DNA of 63,569 nt, filler included, from Octopus bimaculoides (taxonomy: Eukaryota), in NCBI RefSeq assembly GCF_001194135.2. It is 4 parts of 2 records of this genome, joined end to end, with 100 filler letters (N's around TTAATTAATTAA, not from the genome) between each part and the next. Parts side by side here need not be neighbours in the genome. Positions count along the whole stretch, not along the records: positions 1 to 24,196 come from NC_068989.1; 3 more parts are not named here. One strand, 5' to 3'. The notes under the pieces are model-generated. The model did no database searches, was not told the DNA's origin, and saw only the letters and a program-made list of their open reading frames with translations. Of the stretch, positions 1 to 13,224 are shown one piece after another. The translations under genes and the position numbers were made by a program. Within the stretch, counting starts at the first letter, position 1, and each line of letters opens with the position of its first letter.

Positions 1-341
1 TATATATATATATATATGTATACATATAATTATATATACATATATATCATACCTATACATACAGAGATATGCACACACAAACACACACACAAACACACAC
101 ACTCACACACACACACTCACACACACACACGGGGATATATTTTTCAGAGCACGTGTGTTTCAAAAGGTTTAACGAAAGCGCTCACACACTAGAAAAAACT
201 TCTTCCCGAAAAATGTCAGTAACATCTAACATCTTCATAGCAGATTTCATAACATTTTCTTTTAAAATAATTTTCTCAAATAATCATCTCTACACTTCAA
301 AAACTGTATAAAGAAATCCTCATAGACTTCCATATATATAG

Positions 342-373
<32 letters not shown>

Positions 374-504
374 CTATATATATGGTGAAAATTAAATATT
401 AAGTTTTGAATTCTCTCAAATTAACTTGCCCGCTTACGTTCAACGTGCCAAAATAAGAATAGGTTTTTCGTGGTTTGGGATTTAATTCCCATTTCTAGCG
501 TGAT

Positions 505-620
505 GGAAAACCACTTAGTAGCTTTCCCTCAGTGTATAACTCTTACACATGCGCGCGCGCGCATGTGTGTGTGTGTGTGTAAGAGTTATGCACTGAGGGA
601 AAGCCACTAAGTGGTTTTCC
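505..620. repeat. 116-bp near-perfect palindrome
   Basis: 45-bp arms ggaaaaccacttagt..ctcttacaca with two mismatches around a (GC)6 centre; extra (GT)n in the right arm. Confidence 0.95.
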
Positions 621-737
621 GTGCCTTTACTTAAGTGTATGATGTGTTTTGTTTTGCTAGAGGGTGTGTGCGAATCCACCTAGATCTATGCATGAAAGCG
701 AATACACTTCTATCAATATGCATATGTGTAAGTTTCG

Positions 738-779
738 TATTGGAGTTTGACTGATCAATATTGGAGTTTGACTGATCAA
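738..779. repeat. Perfect 21-bp tandem duplication
   Basis: tattggagtttgactgatcaa x2. Confidence 0.95.
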
Positions 780-1010
780 TATTTTCACAAACTCTCAATC
801 TGGCAATATAAGTTTTAAAGAGAAGTCATCCACTGATCCATCAGGGACACACATACATATACACAAATACATATACACATATACATATACACATGTATGC
901 GTAGAGAGAGAGAAAAAAAAACACGTGTACATGTATGCATGTACAAACTTTGACACATTCAAGCACACGCATATACACGTGCTAGTTCTGTAACACGTGC
1001 ACTCTTAGAT

Positions 1011-1058
<48 letters not shown>

Positions 1059-2027
1059 ACACACAGGGGGACATGGAGAGAGAAAGGGAGAGAGGTATGT
1101 ATTCATATATAGTTGTATGCGCGTATGTCTGCAATATACATAAGTATCGTACCTACACACACACACACACACANNNNNNNNNNNNNNNNNNNNNNNNNNN
1201 NNNNNNNNNNNNNNNNNNNNNNNNNNNNNNNNNNNNNNNNNNNNNNNNNNNNNNNNNNNNNNNNNNNNNNNNNNNNNNNNNNNNNNNATATATATACATG
1301 CATACGTACATACACTTACGCACAAACGCACACACACACGCACAGATCCATGAACTGAGACATTTGCACATATGTGCACACTTGTTCATATTAGACACCA
1401 AGTGCCTACACATATGCACGCATACACGCACACACATGCACACACACACACACACATACACACACACGCACACACACTGTTATATAAACTAAAGAAAAAT
1501 TAGAGAGAAAGAGAAAACAAAATGGGAGAAAGAAAGACAGACAACGAGGAGAAGTCATGAAGAAGAAGGAAAAGAAAAACAGAAATAGTGAGTGGAACTG
1601 AGAGAAGGAGACAGAAAAGGCATGGATGGATAGAAAAGAAATAGACAGAGGATGAGGAAGATGGAAAGAGAGACAAAAAGTGAGTAAAAAGAAATCTGTT
1701 AAAGATAGTGAAGGCGAGAAGGAAAAGGAAAAAAATCAACGAAAGGAAGATCCTAGTCTAAGTCTGCCTGTCATAAAGCGGTTTTGTTATGTCAAGGGAC
1801 ACCTATGAGATCGATATTTCCTTTTCTCTCTTCTGATAAATGTCGTAAATATCGGCTGTCGTCAAGAGGGGAAATAGAAGGAGAAAATCAATAAGATTAC
1901 TGAGAGAAGAAGAGAGTGGAAGAAGATTATTTTAGTTTCTTTCACTCAATCATTTTCTTATACTTTCACTTTCACTTTCCTACTTACTGGCATTTCACTC
2001 TTTTCTCACTTGCTATTTGTTTATTCT

Positions 2028-2130
<103 letters not shown>

Positions 2131-2249
2131 CGCACGCACAATACAATATATGGTTACATGCATATATAAAGGAGTCTGTATGCAATATGTAAATATGTGA
2201 TTGTGTGTATATGATCATTCTACAGATCTCAAATAGAGAATATTTAGAA

Positions 2250-2520
2250 TGCACACTAGAATGGCCTACTGGTAAGAACACATTTCTCTGAACCTTTTGA
2301 TAATATTTAGAATACTTCACAAACCATCATTGTACCACAAATCAATTGGATTTGGTGGATATGAGTCAGTTTTCTTCGTTCTTTCTTGGAAAACCTTCAG
2401 CATTACTAGTCTTAAATTTAAATATGTTCTTGTATAGCCCAGTGCACCTATGATCATTGGTACAAATGAGAATCTGTAGCATGGATACAGAAACTGTAGT
2501 TTCCTCATTAGTCCTCACTA
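2250..2520 (-). mobile_element. R4/Dong-like LINE C-terminal restriction-like endonuclease remnant
   Basis: LMRKLQFLYPCYRFSFVPMIIGALGY matches the P-x-I-I-G-A-L-G C-terminal motif; same strand as 3120-3960. Confidence 0.65.
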
Positions 2521-2650
2521 GATGGTCTCTTTTATTTTTCATAATTTTAGATGTGAGGTCCGTAGCTACTGTGCAGATGATTTTTATTCCCTGTCTTATT
2601 GAACAATATTAGATCTGTATTGCAAGCACTGCATTGTTATTCTTATAAGA

Positions 2651-3080
2651 AAGGTGGCGAATGGCAGAAACGTTAGCACGCCGGGCAAAATGCTTAGCGG
2701 TATTTCGTATGCCGTTACGTTCTGAGTTCAAATTCCACCGCGGTCGACTTTGCCTTTCATCCTTTCGGGGTAGATAAATTAAATACCAGTTACGCACTGG
2801 GCTCGATGTAATTGACTTAATCCTTTTGTCTGTCTTTGTTTGTACCCTCTATGTTTAGCCCCTTGTGGGCAATAAAGAAATAAGAAACACTAGCATGCCG
2901 GGCGAAATGCTTAGCGGTATTTCGTCTGCCACTGCGTTCTGAGTTCAAATTCCGCCGAGGTCGACTTTGCCTTTCATCATTTCGGGATTGATAAATTAAG
3001 TACCAGTTGCGTATTGAGGTGGATCTAATCGACTGGCCCCCTCCCCAAAAATGTTGAGCCTTGTGCCTAGAGCAGAAAAG
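2651..3080 (+). mobile_element. SINE family A, two tandem copies with different 3' tails
   Basis: tRNA-like head ggcgagctggcagaa..gagttcaaattcc (B box) plus central gcctttcatcctttcggggtcgataaattaagtaccag, which resembles the MetaSINE domain as I recall it. Confidence 0.9.
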
Positions 3081-3119
3081 ATTCTTATAATAATTTTCCA
3101 CAAGTATTCTTTATTGTTA

Positions 3120-3960
3120 AAGGCATTGAATTATTCTGGATCTGGTGCGCATTTGTATGACTATTTCTCTTGATAGCATTTCTGCTGTACTCACTCATTT
3201 GACCACATTGCATTACGGTTGGGATACTAATTTATAGTCTAAATAAAATGCTGAAACCATTCATGGGGCAGGACTTTTGCCAACTTGGTATTATGGCCTT
3301 TTCTGCTTCGAGATACTGCTTGTGGGTTCAATGCAAGCATGCAACTGATAGTCCTAACATAGTTCGCGCTTATGGGTAATTAATTTGCTTTTGAGTGTCC
3401 CTTACCGGCACATTTCATAAACCTTCGATAATCTATGATAAATTTACCGCTGATGGTTCTTGAATTTACTATTTAGTATTCACTTTTTATTTAGCGATAG
3501 TCCAATAGCTTTCCTCATATGTCGATATTTTTGTAGATAGACAAGTGATCCATTTGGTTTGCTTTCCTAGTAACGCTCCATTCTTGCTACTCCTGTTTTT
3601 TTTTGTTTTTTTTTTTTGGGGGGGGGGCGAATAGTGACTGAAACGCAATACAGTATAATGTTCGTTGTCCAAAAGCTTCGATTTGCGCTGAGTGTTCCTT
3701 CTTTCATAACTAAATAGATTAGCGATAACATCGAGTTGGTGGATTCATTATCGACTCGTATCATAACCGTTCTTTCAAGCAGTTATTTGTTGATTGCAGA
3801 TGATGAAGTGACCATTCGCTTGAACTTTTCTATAAGCTTTGTTGTGGATTGTTTATATTCTTCACTCATTTCTTCTTGCGCATAAGCGCTACGACGTGTC
3901 CGTGTATTGGCAGAAAACTAATTTCGAGTTATTGTTCTTAATATAGTTGTCTCCTCAATC
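3120..3960 (-). mobile_element. Degenerate R4/Dong-like LINE, region upstream of and at the start of RT
   Basis: EEYKQSTTKLIEKFKRM..NK*LLE, SANRSFWTTNI, PSWQKSCPMNG (cf. PNWKSPGPD), RIIQCL (cf. RPITCL), similarity recalled from R4/Dong ORFs; many stops. Confidence 0.6.
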
Positions 3961-4407
3961 ATATTATGTGTTCTTCGTGGTTTTCTAAGGAGAAAACGCC
4001 ACTGATCTATTTACACATTTACTTAATATACGAATTTTACTGCCAATAGGAGGAGCAGTCAATTTATACTCAAAGCGGCTTGATGACGTAACTGCTATAC
4101 GCTTCTAAATAATTGGACAATTTTAGATTCTAGTAATTCTTCATCCTTTTCACGCCTACTTTTCGTAGAACTGATGCAGGTCTTAATTCAGTTCTTACGT
4201 CTCTCGATAGTTCTACAACCTGCGGCACGTGACGCTGTCTTCCTGTTTTATCATGGTCACGCTTATGTCGTCTCTGCTGTATATGTGTATGTAGTCATCT
4301 ATGTATGTATGTATGTATGTATGTATGACTATATGTATGAATGTATATATGTATGTTTGTATGTATGTTTGTATGTATGTATGTATTATGTGTGTGTGTA
4401 TGTATGG

Positions 4408-4744
4408 ATGTGAAGGCACATAGCTCAGTGGTTAGAGTGTCGGGCTCACAATTATAAGGTAGTGTGTTCGATTCCCGGACCGAGCTGTGTGTTGTGTTCT
4501 TGAGCAAGATACTTCATTTCACGTTGCTCCAGTTCACTCAGCTGTAGAAATGAGTTGCGACGTCACTGGTGCCCAGCTGTATCGGTTTTTGCCTTTTCCT
4601 TGGACAACACTAGTGGCTTGGAGAGAGGAAGCTGGTATGCATGGGCGACTGCTGGTCTTCCATAAACAATATTTCTCAGACTTGTGCCTCGGAGGGAAAC
4701 TTTCTAGATGCAATCCAATGGTCGTTCATGACTTAAGGGGTCTT
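4408..4744 (+). mobile_element. tRNA-head CORE-like SINE with a distinct tail
   Basis: tagctcagtggttagagtgtc..gttcgattccc head; gtgttcttgagcaagatacttcatttcacgttgctccagttcactcagctg core. Confidence 0.85.
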
Positions 4745-4928
4745 AACTCTCTATATGGATGTATATGTGTATATAGGTTTCTATTATGTATGTGTATGTA
4801 TGTATGTGTATGTATCTATGTGTACGTTTATGTATATGTATGTATAAGTATATGTATACGTATATATGTCTATAATATTTTTGGTTTATTTTTAAAAGGA
4901 TTCACAATAAAGAAAAAGCCAAAAAGTC

Positions 4929-5167
4929 AACCCTGCTGTACTCTTTCACCACAACTTCCTCTCACTCTTTCTTCCTGTTTCTGTTGTACCTGTATTTCAA
5001 AGGGCCAGCCTTGTCACGCTCTGTGTCACGCTGAATCTCCCCAACAACTACGTTAAGGGTACACGCGTCTGTGGAGTGCACAGCTACTTTCACGTTAATT
5101 TCACGAGCAGGCTGTTCCGTTGATCGGATCTAATGGAACAATCGTCGTCGTAACCGACGGAGTGTCA
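4929..5167 (+). mobile_element. 5'-truncated SINE B/C body and tail
   Basis: Matches 38620-38846. Confidence 0.85.
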
Positions 5168-5404
5168 CCATTGTTATATTTTGGGATGGTCATGTTTTTC
5201 TTGCCAAACACACGCATTATATATTCGTTCTTCACTCGTTTATTATAGTTCTTATTTTATCATATGTCCATTGTCTGGAAATCTTTCGTCACACATCTAT
5301 GACCTCTTCAGTGACTCTTCTATCTACTTGTATCCTCTTGTTCTGATATGTACGAATATATGACTGTATGCGTTTGTATTCAATTCCAAACATTGAGGTC
5401 ACAT

Positions 5405-6130
5405 GTGCCTTTCTCCTTCTAAAGAAGTATTCGAAAAGGCTGCCCATATTATTATAAGTCTCTATTGGATAGCGCCTTTACTGATAAAATCTTTTACAAC
5501 TCTCCACTTCCTCTATTATCTAGTTGTAAGAATAGGTCCGGAAAAGTTTTATGGATCACCCCACCTTTCTCCCTTAATTTTAGGACAAATGTAGGGAAAA
5601 GAATGTTGCATTTTGTAGATATTCACTTTCCTAGAATCCTAGAATAGATACACTAAAATCTTTAACAGAAACACAATTAAGATTGTTTTTTTCTTGCAAC
5701 ACTCCACCCACCCCAAATGTTAAATCATATATCAGTTAGCAACAGACGGCGCAAGCCTACTCTGGATGCACATGTAGAAACAAATCTATATGTCCTCTAG
5801 GACAGAAATGCGATATATCTTTTTATTGTTTATGAAGCACAAGAATCAGCAAACTATGCCAACGGTCGAACAGAAAATCAAACGTTATATCGGAGCTGTG
5901 GAAGGAAAATTTAAATCAAAATATAACAACCATGTTTCGAATTTTAGGTACCGTGATGAAAGTCATTCAACTATCTTTTTGACTCTAATCTGGAAACTTA
6001 AAGACGAAAAGACCAGCTTCGACATTATATGGAAAATCATATCCAAAACCAAATCCTCTATTAACTATATCTCTTAAAGAACTTGAGAGCCTCCAACGAC
6101 TATGTAAATTCCAGAAACGAGATTTTTTCT
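5405..6130 (+). mobile_element. Second Penelope-like element remnant (RT C-terminus, linker, GIY-YIG)
   Basis: LSPSKEVFEKAA; KNRSGKVLWITPPFSLNFRTNVGKRMLHFVDIHFP; KRYIGAVEGKFKSKYNNHVSNF..IIWKII; homologous to the 24.4-26.8 kb element. Confidence 0.85.
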
Positions 6131-6490
6131 CTATGTCCACATTTTAAAGAAATACCTCTTGGAGGATTTTTAAAATAGGCCACCAGTCACATTGTAAACA
6201 ATTAACCTCTTGTTTTACAACTTTTTGATATTTCTTTAATTATAACGTTGGTTATCTCCCTTGTGGTTTTCTTTTTGTTTTCTTCCTTATGTTGCTCCCT
6301 TATTTAATCGACATATGCTTAAAAAGCAACTGACAATAGGCCTTGCTCTCAGCTTGAAAAATGGCGAATTGAATTAATGTTTCGACCAGGAAACCCTGGG
6401 TAGCTATATTTAACAGGATGTCTGTTTCTATTATAACATCATATATATATATGCGCGCGTGTGTTTGTGTGTGTATGCTTATAGACAGCC

Positions 6491-6546
<56 letters not shown>
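6491..6546. repeat. (GATA)n microsatellite (also about 36140-36200)
   Basis: Directly visible. Confidence 0.98.
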
Positions 6547-6547
<1 letters not shown>

Positions 6548-7071
6548 CACACACGAATACACACATACACACGCACACGCACCCACGAGGGGGAGATGGA
6601 TAGAAACACCGATTCAGATTGATAAACGGCCAGATAGATAGTAACGTAAAACTATAGTATTACAGATTTCTATAGCAAACAATGTATATATTTTGTATTT
6701 TATTGTCACATACTCCCTATTGAAACATATTCTATATCCATCACACAGATACACGCATATTTTCACACAAACACGAACACACACTTTAGTATACACACAC
6801 ATGCACATCCTTGTTAACATATATGTACGTATCTACAGAGAAAAGGTTTAATATACAAATATGTGTGTTTGTATTAAGCACACAGTCACATGCAATAAAA
6901 TTACATGTATGTATCGGTGCTAATGTTTACGGAAACATTGTAATGCATAATAATGCATAAATAAATATTTGTGTTGCGATATGTACTTTGTAATCAAGTA
7001 ATCAATATCACTTTCCATTCTATATAGAAAATACATACAAAAACAAACACGAACACACACATGGTATATAT

Positions 7072-7146
<75 letters not shown>

Positions 7147-8046
7147 AACACAACACACACATATCTATATATACATACATGTATATGTATATATCATATT
7201 CCAAAATATATATATAAATATATATATNNNNNNNNNNNNNNNNNNNNNNNNNNNNNNNNNNNNNNNNNNNNNNNNNNNNNNNNNNNNNNNNNNNNNNNNN
7301 NNNNNNNNNNNNNNNNNNNNNNNNNNNNNNNNNNNNNNNNNNNNNNNNNNNNNNNNNNNNNNNNNNNNNNNNNNNNNNNNNNNNNNNNNNNNNNNNNNNN
7401 NNNNNNNNNNNNNNNNNNNNNNNNNNNNNNNNNNNNNNNNNNNNNNNNNNNNNNNNNNNNNNNNNNNNNNNNNNNNNNNNNNNNNNNNNNNNNNNNNNNN
7501 NNNNNNNNNNNNNNNNNNNNNNNNNNNNNNNNNNNNNNNNNNNNNNNNNNNNNNNNNNNNNNNNNNNNNNNNNNNNNNNNNNNNNNNNNNNNNNNNNNNN
7601 NNNNNNNNNNNNNNNNNNNNNNNNNNNNNNNNNNNNNNNNNNNNNNNNNNNNNNNNNNNNNNNNNNNNNNNNNNNNNNNNNNNNNNNNNNNNNNNNNNNN
7701 NNNNNNNNNNNNNNNNNNNNNNNNNNNNNNNNNNNNNNNNNNNNNNNNNNNNNNNNNNNNNNNNNNNNNNNNNNNNNNNNNNNNNNNNNNNNNNNNNNNN
7801 NNNNNNNNNNNNNNNNNNNNNNNNNNNNNNNNNNNNNNNNNNNNNNNNNNNNNNNNNNNNNNNNNNNNNNNNNNNNNNNNNNNNNNNNNNNNNNNNNNNN
7901 NNNNNNNNNNNNNNNNNNNNNNNNNNNNNNNNNNNNNNNNNNNNNNNNNNNNNNNNNNNNNNNNNNNNNNNNNNNNNNNNNNNNNNNNNNNNNNNNNNNN
8001 NNNNNNNNNNNNNNNNNNNNNNNNNNNNNNNNNNNNNNTATATATA

Positions 8047-8085
<39 letters not shown>

Positions 8086-8673
8086 GTATATCTACAAACA
8101 TACATGTGCATGTAACTGTTTATGTACACGCATATCTATATGTATACACATGTGTGTGTATGCATGTGTGTCTGTGCGTGTGCCTATGTGTGTGAGTCTA
8201 TAATGATTGTTTCCGAAATGTAATTTTATACATTTCTCTTTTTAAAATAGTATATCTATAAGTACACACATGAGCGCGTACATACATATACATAAATATA
8301 TATATTCATTCATGTCATATGCACACCTAGTTGCTGACACACATTTATATACGTCAGTGTGTGTAAGTGTATTTACACATATATATATTGGAGTGAATAT
8401 TTGTTTATTTATCTTCATATATTTGTACAAATCTATTCCTTCTCGTGTCTTCTATACGTGCATGTCTGTGTATGTGTTTTTTTCTTTAGCCGAAAGTGTG
8501 TGAGTATACGTGCACATATAGCAAAACACATATCAATTTTCATATACGCACACCCAGAACGAAAACAACTATTTACTCATGTGTTCACACACGAATACAT
8601 ACGTACATCTATGCTTGTGCATATGTATATGCACATATATATGTGTGTTTATATATATATAAGTATGTGTGTT

Positions 8674-8722
<49 letters not shown>

Positions 8723-9502
8723 TATAAATATTAAATTGCCATAGTTTCTCTCAAAGTTTCGCTTGCTTTTATTTATTTATTTATTTATTTATTTACGTTT
8801 GTTCTGCTTCCTCTTTTCATTGTGTGTTTTTTACAAATATTGTTGTGAATATCATTGAGAACGTTAACCATTAAAGAATCTTCCTTTCCACTTTCCAGCC
8901 CCCATCGCCACCGCCACCACCACCACCACCACTAGCACACCACATCCTTCCATAAAGTGTTATGCGAGAGAATCGGTAAGAATCATCNNNNNNNNNNNNN
9001 NNNNNNNNNNNNNNNNNNNNNNNNNNNNNNNNNNNNNNNNNNNNNNNNNNNNNNNNNNNNNNNNNNNNNNNNNNNNNNNNNNNNNNNNNNNNNNNNNNNN
9101 NNNNNNNNNNNNNNNNNNNNNNNNNNNNNNNNNNNNNNNNNNNNNNNNNNNNNNNNNNNNNNNNNNNNNNNNNNNNNNNNNNNNNNNNNNNNNNNNNNNN
9201 NNNNNNNNNNNNNNNNNNNNNNNNNNNNNNNNNNNNNNNNNNNNNNNNNNNNNNNNNNNNNNNNNNNNNNNNNNNNNNNNNNNNNNNNNNNNNNNNNNNN
9301 NNNNNNNNNNNNNNNNNNNNNNNNNNNNNNNNNNNNNNNNNNNNNNNNNNNNNNNNNNNNNNNNNNNNNNNNNNNNNNNNNNNNNNNNNNNNNNNNNNNN
9401 NNNNNNNNNNNNNNNNNNNNNNNNNNNNNNNNNNNNNNNNNNNNNNNNNNNNNNNNNNNNNNNNNNNNNNNNNNNNNNNNNNNNNNNNNNNNNNNNNNNN
9501 NN

Positions 9503-9542
<40 letters not shown>

Positions 9543-10041
9543 TGTGTGTGTGTGTGTGTATGTGTGTGTGTGTGTGTGTGTGTATTGCGATCAATAGAGT
9601 AGAGTGAGAACTGTCTGTAAATAAACTGACTGTTGTTCGGAAGTTTGACATTTCAGAATTGTTCTCGAAGTAAATCTGTACTTCTCTTCATGATTTGAAC
9701 TTTAAAGCATCGATGCTTCTTTCAGACCATGCTGTAAACCTACCTATTTAAATTTCTATATGAAATTTAATCACTTTGGAATTATGATTAATGAAAAATT
9801 ATTCTGTTCAAAAGTATATATGGTCAGTACTTTTATGGGACTTTAAAAAAACGGATTTATTTATGGCTCTACTTGAGTCTAGTATATTATAGGCAATCTT
9901 GTTCGAGAAGCAGGTCCCTTGAGATCATATCTCAAGCGAGCCACACTAGATGGTTCATTAGGCGTATCATTCAGTTAAATCTGCGGACTTCCGTTTACCC
10001 ATGACTGTACTAGGTCATCATCTATTGATGCTTATTTAAAT

Positions 10042-10373
10042 CATTGATTCCGAACCGGGATCTATATGACTCCTGTCGGTCCATTTAAGAATGTTTGTTG
10101 TTCACGCAACAAAATAATAAACTAGCGATCCAGAATAGTATTTCAAGGGCCCCTGAAATAAATTTGCTTTAGATTTTATGTATTGGTATGTATTGCAAGA
10201 AACAACTAACATTTTACATAGTTCAACCTATACAAAGTGTGTGTAAAACAAAATAGAAATTTTGAAAAAAGTTTCTACAAAACTAGTTTTGAAGCATTGA
10301 ATGGCTATGGAGGCCCACCAGAATAAAATAGTAATCAAAGGGGTCCATAGACAAAAAAAGTTGAGAACTCCTG
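10042..10373 (+). mobile_element. hAT-type MITE copy 1
   Basis: Ends cattgattccgaacc..ttgagaactcctg; 8-bp TSD atttaaat/atttcaat; internally similar to 28052-28358. Confidence 0.75.
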
Positions 10374-11194
10374 ATTTCAATAATAAGTCGATTGCCACAA
10401 TCTTCAAGCTTTCAATAACATCACGAAACAAAGACAGTGCTTCACAATGTAAACAGTGTTTCTAGTGTGTAGACCAATAAAGGGTGACCACGTGATCAAG
10501 AGACTCTAATCTCGTGACTTCATATATGATGTAGTTTTGTATATAATCCCAGTGTTACATTCCGAATATGTGTCATCTCTCATTTTCTCGTGTCGGCTCA
10601 AAGCATCAACCCAGTTTTACTCTGAGTGGGATTTGGTAGACGGAAATTGCGCAGAAGTCCATCGGAAGATCTTATCTATTTTTGATTGGTAAACACAATA
10701 TGACAACCCCCATAACATTAGTAATCACCAACGAGGTGCCTATAGCGGAGTTCCGCTTTTGAATTTATTCTAACCAGATTTCTTGTCTCAACAGATCTTG
10801 GTATCTTGTCATATTATTTTCTATTGTACCAACACACGAGTTATAGTCTCATGCATTTTTCCTACTGTCAGGTTTGCATCTGTTGTTTTCCCTCTTCTGA
10901 CTACAAGTTAACAACTATAGACTTCGCTTGAGCCATCCCTTCCCGAACTATAATCATAGAAGCTTTTTTTTTCTTCAAGCTACTATTCTAAGCTTACCGA
11001 AACACTTCAATTTTACAGAGCTGTGTTATTGCAGACTTGTCACATATAAACACATGATGAATTAGATTAGAAAAGAAGAATGAATGATCGGTTTGCTGAG
11101 TATAGGCAATGCAGACAAGTTTCGAACTGCTGACCTCTCAGCTGGTTATTTTAACGGTTGAGTTGATAGGATAGCCAACGACAAAACAAATATT

Positions 11195-11410
11195 ATATTC
11201 TTTCATACTCTAGGCACAAGGCCCGAAATTTTGGGGGAGGTGGCCAGATTAGATTGACCCAGTACGCAACTGGTACTTAATTTATCGACCTCGAAAGGAT
11301 GAAAGGAAAAGTCAACCTCGGCGGAATTTGAACTCAGAACGTAAAGACAGACGAAATACTGCTAAGCATTTCGCCCGGTGTGCTAACGTTTCTGCCAGCT
11401 CGCCACCTTA
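11195..11410 (-). mobile_element. SINE family A
   Basis: Reverse complement of family A consensus. Confidence 0.9.
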
Positions 11411-11588
11411 AAACAAATTTTATATTGACACAGTTATTCTTATAATCAGTAAATGAGAATTACCAGACAGTGACTAACTGACAAACTACTTAATATCGCT
11501 AATTCAATCATCAGAATGCTTCACCGTCCTTCGAATATCTTTCATTTACCAACGCTCTTCGACTTTCTCCCGTTATGCCTTGAAGATA

Positions 11589-12851
11589 TTGGGTTGGCAA
11601 GAAAGCAATTTCGGATTTTTAGTGTGAAATAAAAGTCATTTTTTTTTCAGACAAAGAATAAACTTTAATCAAATATATATTTTCCATTTTGTCAGATAAC
11701 CTTTTGCCATCTTTCTGGCAACTTCATGATTCCGCGCTCATAGAACTACTGATCCTTATGACTCAAAAACTGAATCAAGTGCGATTTCAGGTCATCATCA
11801 TTATTGAAAGTATTACCATTCAAAGAATTTTGCAAACTTCGAAATAAATGGTAATCTAATGGTGCAAGGTCGGAGCTATATGGTGGACGTGTTATCACTT
11901 CCCAACCAAGCTCCAATAATTTTTCACGAGTTAGCAAAGATGTGTGTGATCTAGTGTTGTCATGGTGGAACACGATTCCTTACAATTTGCCAATTCTAGC
12001 TGTTTCTCTTCGATTGATTCCTCCAGTTTCATTTGTTGCTGAAAGTAAATATCTGAGTTGATCGTTTGGTTCCTTGGAAGCAGCTCAAAATACACAACAC
12101 CTTTGTAATCCCACCTATTTGACAGCATGACGTCTTTTTTTTATGCAATTCAGCTTTTGATCTGGTTTGTGCCAGTTTATTACGCTTGACCCATAATCGT
12201 TTTTGATCGATGCTATTGTAGACAATCCATTTTTCATCACCAGTTTTGATTCGTTTCAAAAGAAGGTCGATTTCATTGCGTTTGAGAGGCATATCACAAA
12301 TGTCGATTTATTGTGTTAAGTGAATCTCTTTAAATTTATGTGGAACCCAAATATCGAGTCCAAGACATTTCAAGTGATTTTTAATTGTGTGTGATCTGCA
12401 ATATCTCGCATAGTTATATGACAATCAGATTCAATTATGGCTTTGATTCGGTCATCATCAACTTCCATGGGTCGACCAGAACGTTAGTCATCTTTGAGTG
12501 AGAAATCTCCAGAACAAATTTTTTAAAACCATTTCTGACATGTGCGTTCTGTTATGCAATCAACACCATAAACTTCACATATCTCTTTGTGAGCCTCAGC
12601 AGCTTTCTTGCCTTTACAGAAATAAAAAAGCAAAGTATGGCGAAGATGTTCGTTTTTGTACTCCGTGTTATAATTGACACTGAACTAACAGTTGTAAAAA
12701 AAATTACGCGCAATTTGCTTCTACAGTAAGCTAAAAGTGATGGCTATCAAATGTCAATAGGAAAAAAGTCATACCATTAACAAAAATCATTTTAAAAAAT
12801 TGTAACTCTATCTATTTGCGTAAAACGAAATTACGTTCTTGCCAACCCCAA
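11589..12851 (-). mobile_element. Full-length mariner DNA transposon (DD34D), inactive
   Basis: TIRs ttgggttggcaagaaagcaatttcggatttt and aaaacgaaattacgttcttgccaaccccaa, both flanked by TA; 1263 bp; transposase motifs TGDEKW, WDYKGVVYFELL, HDN..34 aa..YSSDLAPLD in three frames. Confidence 0.95.
11700..12666 (-). pseudogene. Mariner transposase pseudogene
   Basis: Starts MEYKNEHLRH; ORF fragments 12029..12292, 11931..12128 and 11746..11973 joined by frameshifts. Confidence 0.9.
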
Positions 12852-13224
12852 TATCTACTTCATTTTCCATCTCNNNNNNNNNNNNNNNNNNNNNNNNNNN
12901 NNNNNNNNNNNNNNNNNNNNNNNNNNNNNNNNNNNNNNNNNNNNNNNGTATCATGAAACATATTTAAAGCATAAAAACTTACAAAACACCAAAAAACCAA
13001 TACTGATGCGGAAAATCAAACAAAATATGTGTGAAAATTATATACAAATCATTTATTAAAACGAATGTAGACTAATAATTTATTTTGCAATGTTTTTCGT
13101 GTTACGTCGTTTTTCGAGTTAAACTGCGACTCTTAGAACCAATTTCGAACATAAGTTGATGCAGACCTGTACATATACAATTAGCCTCCAACTCAGAGTA
13201 TTATATACTCTACTTATATATATA

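Noticed and set aside
4487-5056. 189-aa ORF without Ns
   Set aside because: Spans a SINE, a TA/TG microsatellite and another SINE; no protein signal
6920-8203. Long ORFs (300-390 aa) here and at 22.9-23.6, 29.6-30.6, 41.0-41.8, 46.2-46.8 and 53.7-54.8 kb
   Set aside because: Open only because they cross N runs and dinucleotide repeats
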